From NCBI GenBank assembly GCA_043807015.1, contig JAZDGJ010000047.1, positions 1 through 61,908 of the forward strand: a DNA stretch of 61,908 nt, given 5' to 3'. The position numbers and the translations under genes were made by a program. The first letter of the stretch is position 1. The number at the start of each line of letters is the position of its first letter. Shown here piece by piece: positions 18,282 through 27,037 of this stretch. The notes beneath the pieces were generated by a model. It was not told the origin of the DNA and searched no databases. It saw only the letters and a list, made by a program, of their open reading frames with translations. The stretch is from Candidatus Woesearchaeota archaeon. Its GTDB lineage: Archaea; Nanobdellota; Nanobdellia; Woesearchaeales; UBA10216.

Positions 18282-18543
18282 TTTTTCTCCAGATATAGCT
18301 AGGTGCTTACTTAACTACACTAATTAATTAACCGCTTAACCAGATTCTGAAATGGCGTTTTTTCCGCCCAGTAAACCCATTTTCCCTCTATTAAACTAAT
18401 TTAGTAATTGCTTAACTATAGAAGTATTTGATTCATTGTGGTTAATCGAGTATAGAAATGCTTATATACTAGTTATGCTAGGAACTGATATAGGATTTTG
18501 TATACTCACATATCAAAGAAAGTTAAAAGGCAACTGAAGAAAA

Positions 18544-19146
18544 ATGGAGCTTGCACCGATGTTCATGGAGCAGAGATGGAACATATTGCAGCATCTTTCA
18601 CGGCAGAGCCTATCTCCATTGCAGCTTGCCGGCGTGACAAACACAACAATTGCAAACATCAGCCAGCAGCTCAGGCTTCTGGAAGCTGCAGACCTTGTCA
18701 AAAAAACAAAAATCCCAAACCGCGACAAAGGACAGCCGAGAACCCTGTTCTCGTTGACAGATGATTATGCTTACATAGTTTCATTGATGGACAACTTTGC
18801 GCAGAAAAAGCTCGTGAAGCTCAATGCAGGGCAGAAGAGCCTGCTGAAAATACTCTCCATTGAAGACTCTGACCAGCGCAGCAAGGCTGAGGAGCTTTAC
18901 TTCAAGCTGCGCGAATTCAACGGCAAGATTGAGGCAACAGCCCTTGACCTCTCAGCAGGCAGCGTAATGTTTGCAGTCTGCTCTGACAAGGAAATGAAAA
19001 AAAGGCTTGATTCAATGGACGGGCTTAAAACAGTTACAGAGCAAAGGCTCAGGGAGCTATTCAAATCCGGCAGCATACTGCCGCTTGACGATCCTCGCCA
19101 ATTATTCAAAATTGTAACCGGTGAAGGAAAAGCAATTAGGACGTAA
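18544..19146 (+). CDS. ArsR-like winged-helix transcription regulator with a C-terminal extension
   Basis: RWNILQHLSRQSLSPLQLAGVTNTTIANISQQLRLLEAADLVKK...RTLFSLT has the ArsR/SmtB-type HTH-plus-wing pattern. Confidence 0.65.
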   Translation: MELAPMFMEQRWNILQHLSRQSLSPLQLAGVTNTTIANISQQLRLLEAADLVKKTKIPNRDKGQPRTLFSLTDDYAYIVSLMDNFAQKKLVKLNAGQKSLLKILSIEDSDQRSKAEELYFKLREFNGKIEATALDLSAGSVMFAVCSDKEMKKRLDSMDGLKTVTEQRLRELFKSGSILPLDDPRQLFKIVTGEGKAIRT

Positions 19147-19257
19147 GGGAAACAGCCCAGGAACACACCCGAACCACCTCGTAAGCTGTGCCCTTTCATC
19201 CTAATTTAGCGCTCAAAAGAAAGCGTAAGAGAAAACGACCTAGAGGTGAAAGGTAAA

Positions 19258-20010
19258 ATGAAAGCGAAAATGTTTGTTATAGCAGTTTTTATTATGGTGC
19301 TTATTGGGGCAATTATTGCACTTGCTGCGCCGAATGCGCCAACACAGGCGGATATAGTAAGCTCTGGCCGGCGCAATTACACCGCAGGCGTAGGCGGAGT
19401 ATCCATAGGTGCACAGGCAGGAAATGTCACCCAGCTGAACATACAAGACAACAGGACAACAACCCACTGGCAGGGCTACTACGGAACTGTATCAGGCGAA
19501 ATAACACTTGACAATGGAAAGAATGACACGCTTTACAACTGGGTTTTTGCAAACCCAAAGGGCGAGATTTATGCTGCAAACGCCTCTGTGGTTACCTGGG
19601 CTAACATCACCTGCGTCAATTTGACTGGAAACGGCAGCCTGGCGGATTCTCCATCAAGGAGCAAGCTGAACAACACCATACTTGAGAGCGTTTTCAACAT
19701 ATCAGATGCTGACTCGGACGGCATAAATGAAACATTTACTGCTGAATTTACCGGCTCACTTGTGATTGGCTCAACGACATTAACCACTACAGACTACTGT
19801 CCGATGGCTTACATGTTTGTCAGCAACATGTCGCAGTCAAGCACATTCAAGGAAGTGCTTCTCTCAGACAATCTCAGCTCAATATGGACAGGCATACTGG
19901 AGAGTGACCAGCCGGGCTTTGACGGCACAAATATGGACTTCCAGATGATAGTGCCTGAAAACATGGCCGAAGGAACATCGAACTATTTCTTCTTCGTCGA
20001 GCTGTCATAA
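19258..20010 (+). CDS. Family-A secreted protein (third paralog)
   Basis: Start at ATG 19258 (MKAKMFVIAVFIMVLIGAIIALA). It shares GNVTQLNIQ, GEIYAA, DFQMIVPE and YFFFVELS* with 1839..2573. Confidence 0.75.
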   Translation: MKAKMFVIAVFIMVLIGAIIALAAPNAPTQADIVSSGRRNYTAGVGGVSIGAQAGNVTQLNIQDNRTTTHWQGYYGTVSGEITLDNGKNDTLYNWVFANPKGEIYAANASVVTWANITCVNLTGNGSLADSPSRSKLNNTILESVFNISDADSDGINETFTAEFTGSLVIGSTTLTTTDYCPMAYMFVSNMSQSSTFKEVLLSDNLSSIWTGILESDQPGFDGTNMDFQMIVPENMAEGTSNYFFFVELS

Positions 20011-20018
20011 GCAGGCTG

Positions 20019-20039
20019 TTTTTATTTTTTTTTATTTTT
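20019..20039 (+). terminator. Oligo-T termination tract
   Basis: TTTTTATTTTTTTTTATTTTT lies directly after the stop of 19258..20010. Confidence 0.5.
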
Positions 20040-20156
20040 ACTACTGACTTTCCCATTTAGGAAGTAATACATTGCATCTATCCTGCGCATAGGCACGCAC
20101 TAAAATCCGTTAGTTTTATATACTTCTAAACTTCTGAACGTTTTGTGCATGTAAAT

Positions 20157-20474
20157 ATGGAAAATGGGGTTAGCCGTAGAACGTTTTCTACTCTTCGCAG
20201 TGTCATCATGCTCGCGCTCTCCAAAGGCGCAAAAACCATAAACCAAATTTCAACAGAAACAGGAATAAACTGGCGAACTGTTGAGCTTCATCTGACATAC
20301 CTTGTTGGAAAGGGGCTTGCAAAAGAAATTTTCAACTCGTCATACGTGAGGATATTCACCCTGACAGAGGAGGGCAAGAAGGACATAGTTGACAGGTTTT
20401 CACCGCTTTCAGTGAACATACAAGACAATAAGATAGGCGCAAAAATAGCAAAAGAGGAAGTAATAACGATATGA
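20157..20474 (+). CDS. Small winged-helix DNA-binding protein
   Basis: INQISTETGINWRTVELHLTYLVGKGLAKE is HTH-like. TTTTATATA lies upstream. ATGA overlap with the glycosyltransferase gene. Confidence 0.6.
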   Translation: MENGVSRRTFSTLRSVIMLALSKGAKTINQISTETGINWRTVELHLTYLVGKGLAKEIFNSSYVRIFTLTEEGKKDIVDRFSPLSVNIQDNKIGAKIAKEEVITI

Positions 20475-21673
20475 AAATACTGATGTTCGGGTGGGAATTC
20501 CCGCCCTTGAGCAACGGCGGATTGGGCACAGCCTGCTACGGGCTGACTAAGGCACTCAGCGGAATGGGCGTGGAGATAACGCTTGTGCTGCCTAAGGCAG
20601 GAGATGGCGCGCCTGATTTTGTCAAAATTATCCCGACTAACATGTCATCTGTCAAAATCACAAAAGTCAACTCCCTGCTGAAGGGCTATATGACTTCAGA
20701 CGAATACGATCGCCAGCTTAAGCACTTCAAGGAGAAGGGCATTGCGCACATGTATGGCAATGACCTTTTTGAGGAAATAGAGCGCTACTCAAAGAAGGCT
20801 GCAATGATTGCAAAGGCAGAGCCGCATGACGTGATTTATGCGCACGACTGGATGACTTTCAAGGCAGCGATGGCTGCGAAAAGCGTTTCGCACAAGCCGA
20901 TGATTGTCCAGATACACTCAACAGAATTTGACAGGACTGGAGGGCATGGCGCAAATTCATATGTCTATGACGTTGAAAGGCAGGGAATGAAGCAGGCTGA
21001 TGCAGTTATTGCAGTAAGCCACTTCACAAAGAAAAAAATCCTCCAGCATTATGACGTGCCTGCAGAAAAAATCCATGTTGTGCACAACGCAGTTGAGCCT
21101 ACGGACATCCACTTCAGCTGCCGCAAGCAGAAGAAGAAAGTGGTGCTTTTCCTCGGCAGGATAACCCTTCAGAAAGGCCCTGAATACTTCATCCATGCTG
21201 CAAAGAAAGTTCTTGAGCACTGCCCTGACACAACATTTGTCATGGCAGGCACAGGGGACATGGAGCGAAGAATGATTGAGCTCGCTGCCCAGATGGGCAT
21301 CTCAGACAAGATGCTTTTTGCCGGATTCCTCAAAGATGAGAAAGTCCATGAAGCTTACAGGATGGCTGACCTCTACGTGATGCCTTCTGTGTCAGAGCCA
21401 TTCGGCATAACTGCGCTGGAGGCAATGATGAACCACACTCCGATTGTAATTTCAAAGCAGTCCGGAGTCAGCGAAATAATAAGCCACTGCCTCAAGGTTG
21501 ATTTCTGGGACATCAACAGGATGGCGGACATGATGATTGGAGTGCTAAAGCATCCAGAGCTTCACGAAACGCTTGAGGAAAATGGCACCTCAGAAGTGTC
21601 AAAAGTGAGATGGGAAAACTCTGCGAGGAGATGCCTTGAGGTGTGCTCCAGGATAGGTGTCAGGCATGGTTAG
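20471..21673 (+). CDS. Group-1 glycosyltransferase, glycogen/alpha-glucan synthase-like
   Basis: The N-terminus KILMFGWEFPPLSNGGLGTAC is a glycogen-synthase-like GGL loop. The C-terminal half carries PSVSEPFGITALEAM (GT1 E-x7-E). Confidence 0.8.
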   Translation: MKILMFGWEFPPLSNGGLGTACYGLTKALSGMGVEITLVLPKAGDGAPDFVKIIPTNMSSVKITKVNSLLKGYMTSDEYDRQLKHFKEKGIAHMYGNDLFEEIERYSKKAAMIAKAEPHDVIYAHDWMTFKAAMAAKSVSHKPMIVQIHSTEFDRTGGHGANSYVYDVERQGMKQADAVIAVSHFTKKKILQHYDVPAEKIHVVHNAVEPTDIHFSCRKQKKKVVLFLGRITLQKGPEYFIHAAKKVLEHCPDTTFVMAGTGDMERRMIELAAQMGISDKMLFAGFLKDEKVHEAYRMADLYVMPSVSEPFGITALEAMMNHTPIVISKQSGVSEIISHCLKVDFWDINRMADMMIGVLKHPELHETLEENGTSEVSKVRWENSARRCLEVCSRIGVRHG

Positions 21674-22853
21674 TGTGTGCTTCTATTTCCAGGTGCACCA
21701 GCCATACAGGCTGAACCCCTACAGCGTATTTGACGTCGGCAAGCACAGCCGGTACTTTAACGAGGGCAAAAACAGCTCCATACTGAGCAGGGTGGCAAGA
21801 AAGTGCTATCTGCCGACAAACACAATAATGCTTGACCTGCTTGACAGGCATCCGGAATTCAAGATAAGCTACTCTTTTTCAGGAGTTGCGCTTCAGCAGT
21901 TCGAGGAATATGTGCCGGAAGTGATTGACTCATTCAAGGAGCTTGTGAAAACAGGAAAAGTTGAAATCCTTGACGAGACATACAGCCATTCGCTTGCGTT
22001 CTTTTACTCAAGGAATGAATTTGCAGAGCAGGTAAGGCTGCACAGGCAGAAGATAAGAAAACTATTTAAGCAGACCCCAAATGTTTTCAGGAACACCGAG
22101 CTCATATACAGCAACGAGCTGGGGAAAGAGGTGGAGAGGTTGGGCTATGCGGGAGTGCTTGCAGAGGGAGCTGACTACATTCTCGGCTGGAGAAGCCCCA
22201 ACTTCGTCTACAGCCCGGTAAACAGCAAAATCTCGCTGCTCCTGAAGAATTACAAGCTTTCAGACGACATCGCTTTCAGGTTTTCAAACAGGGAATGGAA
22301 GGAATGGCCCCTTACCGCAGAAAAATTTGCATCATGGGTCAACGCAATCAACGGCAACGGCAACTGTGTAAACCTTTTCATGGACTATGAGACATTTGGC
22401 GAGCACCAGTGGCCGGAGACAGGCATATTCAACTTCATGAAAAAACTGCCAGAGGAAATACTGAAGCACCCTGACAACAACTTCATGACCCCAAGCGAAC
22501 TGATAAGGGCATACAAGCCTCTGGCGGAAATTGACATGCCCAACGCAGTGTCATGGGCTGATATTGAAAGGGACATGAGCGCCTGGACAGGAAACCAGAT
22601 GCAAAGGTCTGCCTTAAAGCAGCTTTACGAGCTTGAATATGCAGTCAAGGCAAACGGAAGCAAGAAGCTGCTTGAGGACTGGAGGAGGCTGCAAAGCTCA
22701 GACATATTTTACTACATGTGCACAAAGTGGTTCAGCGACGGCGACGTTCACAAGTATTTCAATCCGCATGACAGCCCCTACGAGGCATTCATAGCATTCA
22801 TGAACATACTCAACGACCTTAAGCAGAGAAGCGCGCTGAAAGTCATAGCTTAG
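21666..22853 (+). CDS. Glycoside hydrolase family 57 (alpha-amylase/branching-enzyme-like)
   Basis: FYFQVHQPYR at the N-terminus, with ...MDYETFGEHQW and SWADIERDMSAW blocks typical of the GH57 catalytic domain. It overlaps the upstream GT gene. Confidence 0.75.
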   Translation: MVSVCFYFQVHQPYRLNPYSVFDVGKHSRYFNEGKNSSILSRVARKCYLPTNTIMLDLLDRHPEFKISYSFSGVALQQFEEYVPEVIDSFKELVKTGKVEILDETYSHSLAFFYSRNEFAEQVRLHRQKIRKLFKQTPNVFRNTELIYSNELGKEVERLGYAGVLAEGADYILGWRSPNFVYSPVNSKISLLLKNYKLSDDIAFRFSNREWKEWPLTAEKFASWVNAINGNGNCVNLFMDYETFGEHQWPETGIFNFMKKLPEEILKHPDNNFMTPSELIRAYKPLAEIDMPNAVSWADIERDMSAWTGNQMQRSALKQLYELEYAVKANGSKKLLEDWRRLQSSDIFYYMCTKWFSDGDVHKYFNPHDSPYEAFIAFMNILNDLKQRSALKVIA

Positions 22854-22887
22854 CGTTCAACAAATTCGCAGAAAAAGAGGTGACATA

Positions 22888-23217
22888 ATGGGGAAGAAGA
22901 ATAGCAGGGATGTTTCTAAGCCCAGGGTAGAAATAACAATAAGGAAGCAGGTGCTGGGCGAAGCTCCTCAGGAATCAAGGTTTGTGGTCTCTGACGGGAG
23001 GATACTGAAAGATTTGAAAGAACTTGCTGACGCGCTGCACGACATGAGCAATGACGTGTTCAGGCACCACGTAAACGAGTTCAGGAATGACTTCAGCTCC
23101 TGGGTCAGGGATGTTTTTGGCGACCAAGAACTCGCGGAGGAGCTCTCAAAGGCTGGCTCGCAGGCTGAGGCTGAAATAAACATCCTCAGGAATATTGTAA
23201 AAAAACTTAGCAGGTGA
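22888..23217 (+). CDS. Paralog 1 of the NDFSxWVRDV-motif family
   Basis: HHVNEFRNDFSSWVRDVFGDQELAEEL. It is one of three adjacent genes sharing this block. Confidence 0.7.
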   Translation: MGKKNSRDVSKPRVEITIRKQVLGEAPQESRFVVSDGRILKDLKELADALHDMSNDVFRHHVNEFRNDFSSWVRDVFGDQELAEELSKAGSQAEAEINILRNIVKKLSR

Positions 23218-23221
23218 TAAA

Positions 23222-23500
23222 ATGAAAAAAGTAAATTACCTCGGCGACGTAGCTGCCGACAAGGTGTTCTGGGTAAACAACGGCGGGATACTGAAGAACC
23301 TGGAGGAGATGTCTGTCGCGCTCAAGGAAATAAACCCTGAGCAGTTTGCCTACCACGTAAACAAAGAAAAAAATGACTTCAGCTCATGGGTGAGGGATGT
23401 CATTTGCGACAAAACGCTTGCAGTTGCGCTTATGAAGGCAAAGACAAAGGCAGCTGCGCTAAAAGCTGTGAAGGCGAGAATTGCAAAACTGAGGAAATAG
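23222..23500 (+). CDS. Paralog 2 of the NDFSxWVRDV-motif family
   Basis: YHVNKEKNDFSSWVRDVICDKTLAVAL. Confidence 0.7.
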   Translation: MKKVNYLGDVAADKVFWVNNGGILKNLEEMSVALKEINPEQFAYHVNKEKNDFSSWVRDVICDKTLAVALMKAKTKAAALKAVKARIAKLRK

Positions 23501-23501
23501 C

Positions 23502-24143
23502 ATGGACCTTAGGCAGGATGCCGGAGAGAAGGCATTTGTCCTTGTAAACGGAGAAAAAGCCCACAATGTTGAGGAATTAGGCGAGAAGCTTCTCAATATA
23601 GGCGAGCAGGGCTACAGCAGCCATGCAAACAGCCGGAAGAATGACTTCAGCAATTGGGTGAGGGATGTCTATGAGGACAAAAAGCTGGCAGATAATCTGG
23701 CAAAAGCAAAAAATCCTGCACATGCAGCAGCTGTAATAAAGAAGAGGCTTGCGGAGACAGCCCCAAGAATCACGACAGAAGTTCTCAAGGCGCCAAAAAG
23801 CAGCCACGCCACTGTGCAAAAAGTGGCAAAACCCAAAGTAATGGAAATAAAAATCCGCAGGGAAAAGCCGAAAACCCTAAAGCTGAAAAAAAAGTCTAAA
23901 AAAATAAAACTGAGAGGCAGCGCAAAAAGCAAAGGAGGGAATTTTTTCATGAACCTATTGAAGAAAAAATCCATAAAGCACAAAGCAATTGTGCCAGATG
24001 CCCACAAGTTCCTGACAGCATACATGTCAATGCAGAGGCCAACTGTCTCGCACCTCTACTTCTCAAAAGGCATATCAGACTTCATGCTTGGGATGACAAT
24101 AGGAATTGTAATCGGCATAATATTAGCCCACATTCTTATATGA
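23502..24143 (+). CDS. Paralog 3 of the NDFSxWVRDV-motif family, with a Lys-rich linker and a C-terminal TM segment
   Basis: SHANSRKNDFSNWVRDVYEDKKLADNL. This is followed by a KPK/KKK-rich stretch and FMLGMTIGIVIGIILAHILI. Confidence 0.7.
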   Translation: MDLRQDAGEKAFVLVNGEKAHNVEELGEKLLNIGEQGYSSHANSRKNDFSNWVRDVYEDKKLADNLAKAKNPAHAAAVIKKRLAETAPRITTEVLKAPKSSHATVQKVAKPKVMEIKIRREKPKTLKLKKKSKKIKLRGSAKSKGGNFFMNLLKKKSIKHKAIVPDAHKFLTAYMSMQRPTVSHLYFSKGISDFMLGMTIGIVIGIILAHILI

Positions 24144-24555
24144 GTCATACGTGATGTGATAACTAAGTATCTACTGCTTAGTCAGAAAATTTTAGTCATA
24201 ATGGCACCCTTTATATACTTCCGTATACTAGTATTGAAGTATTATATTTTGGAAGCTATAGTTTGATTCCCAGAAATGCTTAAATAGCTGCTTAATCATT
24301 AAGCTTAGAATTATTAAAAACTCAGTTTTGTTGGCACAAAACTGTGTTTTTGAATCGAAATTTTGGCAATAAAAGTTTCCTGGACAGAAACTTTAACTTG
24401 GCATCGTTGATTACTTATTGGCATAAGCAAGCAATCACTTGTTCTAATGAGGCTATAGGCATAACTAGCTTATAAACTTTGTTGTTTTGCAAAGGTTATG
24501 TCATGGCAGATAGAATAAAAAACACACGCAAAGAAAACTCAAGAGGGGTGGAACC

Positions 24556-25629
24556 ATGGAATTTATCGTGCAAGACGCCTTGAAAGCAGAGGCAGATATG
24601 AAATCAGTACCAGGACAGGCTAACATCAAGGTCATCGGTGTTGGCGGAGCAGGCAACAATATGGTATCCTGGCTGCATAAGAAGGCAATACAGGGTGCTG
24701 AAATAATCGCCTGCAATACCGACCAAGTACACCTTAGCATCTCTGAGGCAGACAAGAAGTTCCTGCTCGGCAGAGACTTAACAAGAGGGCTTGGCGCAGG
24801 AGGCTTTCCAGAAAAGGGAGCTGAGGCAGCCAAGGAAACCTTAACAGAGATTAAGGATGAGTTAAAATCAGCGGACATGGTATTTGTCTGTGCTGGAATG
24901 GGCGGCGGCACAGGAACAGGCGCTGCGCCAGTAGTAGCCAAAGTTGCAAAGGAGGCTGGAGCCATAGTAATAGGCACTGTCACCATGCCATTCAAGATAG
25001 AAAGGGCAAGGATTGACAAAGCCGAGTTTGGCTTGCAGCAGCTCAGGACAGTTTCTGACACTGTAATAGTAATAGACAACAACAGGCTTGTCCAGATAGC
25101 GGGAAACCTGCCTATACAGCAGGCATTCGCTGTTGCCAACGAGCTTGTGGCCACTATGATAAAGGGCATAGTTGAGACAATAGCAGTTCCATCCCTCGTA
25201 AATCTCGACTACGCTGACGTCAAGGCCATAATGACAAACGGCGGTGTAGCAGCAATAGGCGTAGGCGCTTCAGACACAAACAACCGCGTCGAGGAAGCTG
25301 TGCAGGGCGCAATGAGCAACCCGCTGCTGGACATCAGCTACAAGGGAGCCACCGGAGCGCTAATCCACGTGTCAGGAGGTCCAGACATGACCCTTGACGA
25401 GATAAACAGGATTGGCGAGCTTGTGACCGAGAGCCTGGACGAGGACGCAAATGTCATCTGGGGAGCAAGAGTTTCCGACAATATGAAGGGAAAGCTCACC
25501 GTGATGACCATCATCACAGGCGTCAAGAGCCCATGGATACTTGGAAAGAATGACTCCAGGTCCACAGAGGCATCAGTCCAGAGGAGGCACAGGGTGGATG
25601 ACGAGCTCGGCATCGAGATCGTCTCATAA
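24556..25629 (+). CDS. ftsZ: Cell division GTPase FtsZ
   Basis: GVGGAGNNMV and the tubulin signature GMGGGTGTGAAPVVA. GAGGGGTGG lies upstream of the ATG. Confidence 0.95.
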   Translation: MEFIVQDALKAEADMKSVPGQANIKVIGVGGAGNNMVSWLHKKAIQGAEIIACNTDQVHLSISEADKKFLLGRDLTRGLGAGGFPEKGAEAAKETLTEIKDELKSADMVFVCAGMGGGTGTGAAPVVAKVAKEAGAIVIGTVTMPFKIERARIDKAEFGLQQLRTVSDTVIVIDNNRLVQIAGNLPIQQAFAVANELVATMIKGIVETIAVPSLVNLDYADVKAIMTNGGVAAIGVGASDTNNRVEEAVQGAMSNPLLDISYKGATGALIHVSGGPDMTLDEINRIGELVTESLDEDANVIWGARVSDNMKGKLTVMTIITGVKSPWILGKNDSRSTEASVQRRHRVDDELGIEIVS

Positions 25630-25708
25630 TCACCTTTGGGTGAGAGTTCTTGCCTTCATTTTACCACCCCCAACAACCGTACAGTGAAGGCAAAGACGAC
25701 GTAACTTG

Positions 25709-25742
25709 TCTTCATTGCCGCGAGGCAATGAAGATTTTTTTT
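25709..25742 (+). terminator. Stem-loop plus T8 after ftsZ
   Basis: TCTTCATTGCC-GCGA-GGCAATGAAGA is followed by TTTTTTTT. Two more hairpins lie between 25630 and 25700. Confidence 0.55.
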
Positions 25743-25811
25743 ATTTCTTCTCGGTTTTAATATTTGATTTCGCTCTATAATATTATAGAAAGAATAAAAG
25801 AGGTGGTTCGC

Positions 25812-26087
25812 ATGGGCATTGAAGCTACGGTTCTCGAAATTCAAGGAAAAGTTCTAAAACTCGAAATAGTCGACGGAAAAACAGCTATTACAGTGGAAAC
25901 TGCTGATAGAAGCATACAGCGCGTACTTGCGGATCCAATGGGCTGGAGACAACGGGAAGCATTGGTAGGCAAAGACATCATTTATTCCTGTAACCCTGAA
26001 GGACGTGTCACTTATTTCGTGCTGCCAAAGGTGACTATGCCTTATCGCGTAATCCGCACAGGCGAATTGGTTGAAGCACTTGCGTAA
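25812..26087 (+). CDS. Hypothetical 91-aa protein
   Basis: ATG at 25812 preceded by AGGTGG. No motif recognised. Confidence 0.5.
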   Translation: MGIEATVLEIQGKVLKLEIVDGKTAITVETADRSIQRVLADPMGWRQREALVGKDIIYSCNPEGRVTYFVLPKVTMPYRVIRTGELVEALA

Positions 26088-26191
26088 GTACTTTGGCTTC
26101 TTTTTTATTTCTATATCCTCTTCCTAGAAATTAGGAAACCTCATCTACGAGCTCTTGGGTTCTTTCACAGGCGCAGTCTTGTAGGTGGACA

Positions 26192-27010
26192 TCATAATTC
26201 GTCCCTGCGCTTAAGTATCTCCCGACTTGCTGATATTAAACTCTTTTCAAATTCCTTGATCATGTTATCAGTAAAGTTCTCTAGTTCCCAGCTAGTGTCA
26301 CCAGTAACCAGGTGGGATATAGGGCGATTACTTCCTAAGTAAATATCTGTTAGCTTTTGAGATCCAGAAAGCGCATACCCTGCCAGTTGCTTTGCCAGCA
26401 GGTCTAGATTTAGATCATCTGTTTGGGCGGCGTACCTCACGTCTGGGCCATCGATATATAATACGCGCAATGACTTTTCCAGACGGGGATGCTCATCGCT
26501 AATAGGCAAATTACTAAGAATTACAGGATAGTAAAGTTTGGGAGCTGTTTGATTCATATTTGTTGTTATTTTCTTGGGTCCTTTCCCAAGTGTAGTCTCG
26601 TAAGGTGGACCTGGTAATTTGCGCCTGCGCTTAAGTATCTCCTGACTTGCCGATATTAAACTCTCTCCTAATTCCCTGATCCGTCCTTCATTCAACCTTT
26701 CTACTAGCCCTATACGGTCACCACTAACCACGTGGGTTATAGGGCAAGTTCTTCCCCAGTAAACTGTTAGCTTTGGAGATTCAGGAAGCGCATACTCTGC
26801 CAGTTGCTTTGCCAGCGGGGATAGATCAGGTTTTTGGACACCGTCCATTACATTTGAGCCATCGATATGGCCAACGTCCATTACATTTGAGCCATCGACA
26901 CATAATACGTGCAATTCCTTTCCCAGGGAACGCTCTTCCTTAATAGACCGATACCTAATAGTTACAGGATGGTAAAGTTTGGGAGCTATTTGATCCATAT
27001 TTGTTGTCAT
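26192..27010 (-). CDS. Hypothetical protein made of two tandem ~135-aa repeats
   Basis: The two halves align: TTNMDQIAPKLYHPV..LAKQLAEYALPES..ITHVVSGD..SLISASQEILKRRRKL and TTNMNQTAPKLYYPV..LAKQLAGYALSGS..ISHLVTGD..SLISASREILKRRDEL. Confidence 0.65.
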   Translation of the reverse strand: MTTNMDQIAPKLYHPVTIRYRSIKEERSLGKELHVLCVDGSNVMDVGHIDGSNVMDGVQKPDLSPLAKQLAEYALPESPKLTVYWGRTCPITHVVSGDRIGLVERLNEGRIRELGESLISASQEILKRRRKLPGPPYETTLGKGPKKITTNMNQTAPKLYYPVILSNLPISDEHPRLEKSLRVLYIDGPDVRYAAQTDDLNLDLLAKQLAGYALSGSQKLTDIYLGSNRPISHLVTGDTSWELENFTDNMIKEFEKSLISASREILKRRDEL

Positions 27011-27037
27011 TTGCCAGTAGTATATAAATGTTTTGAT

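Noticed and set aside
24501-25169. 222-aa minus-strand ORF
   Set aside because: It is entirely antisense to ftsZ, whose identity is unambiguous. The product is low-complexity and rich in A/S/P/T, which is typical of a shadow frame.
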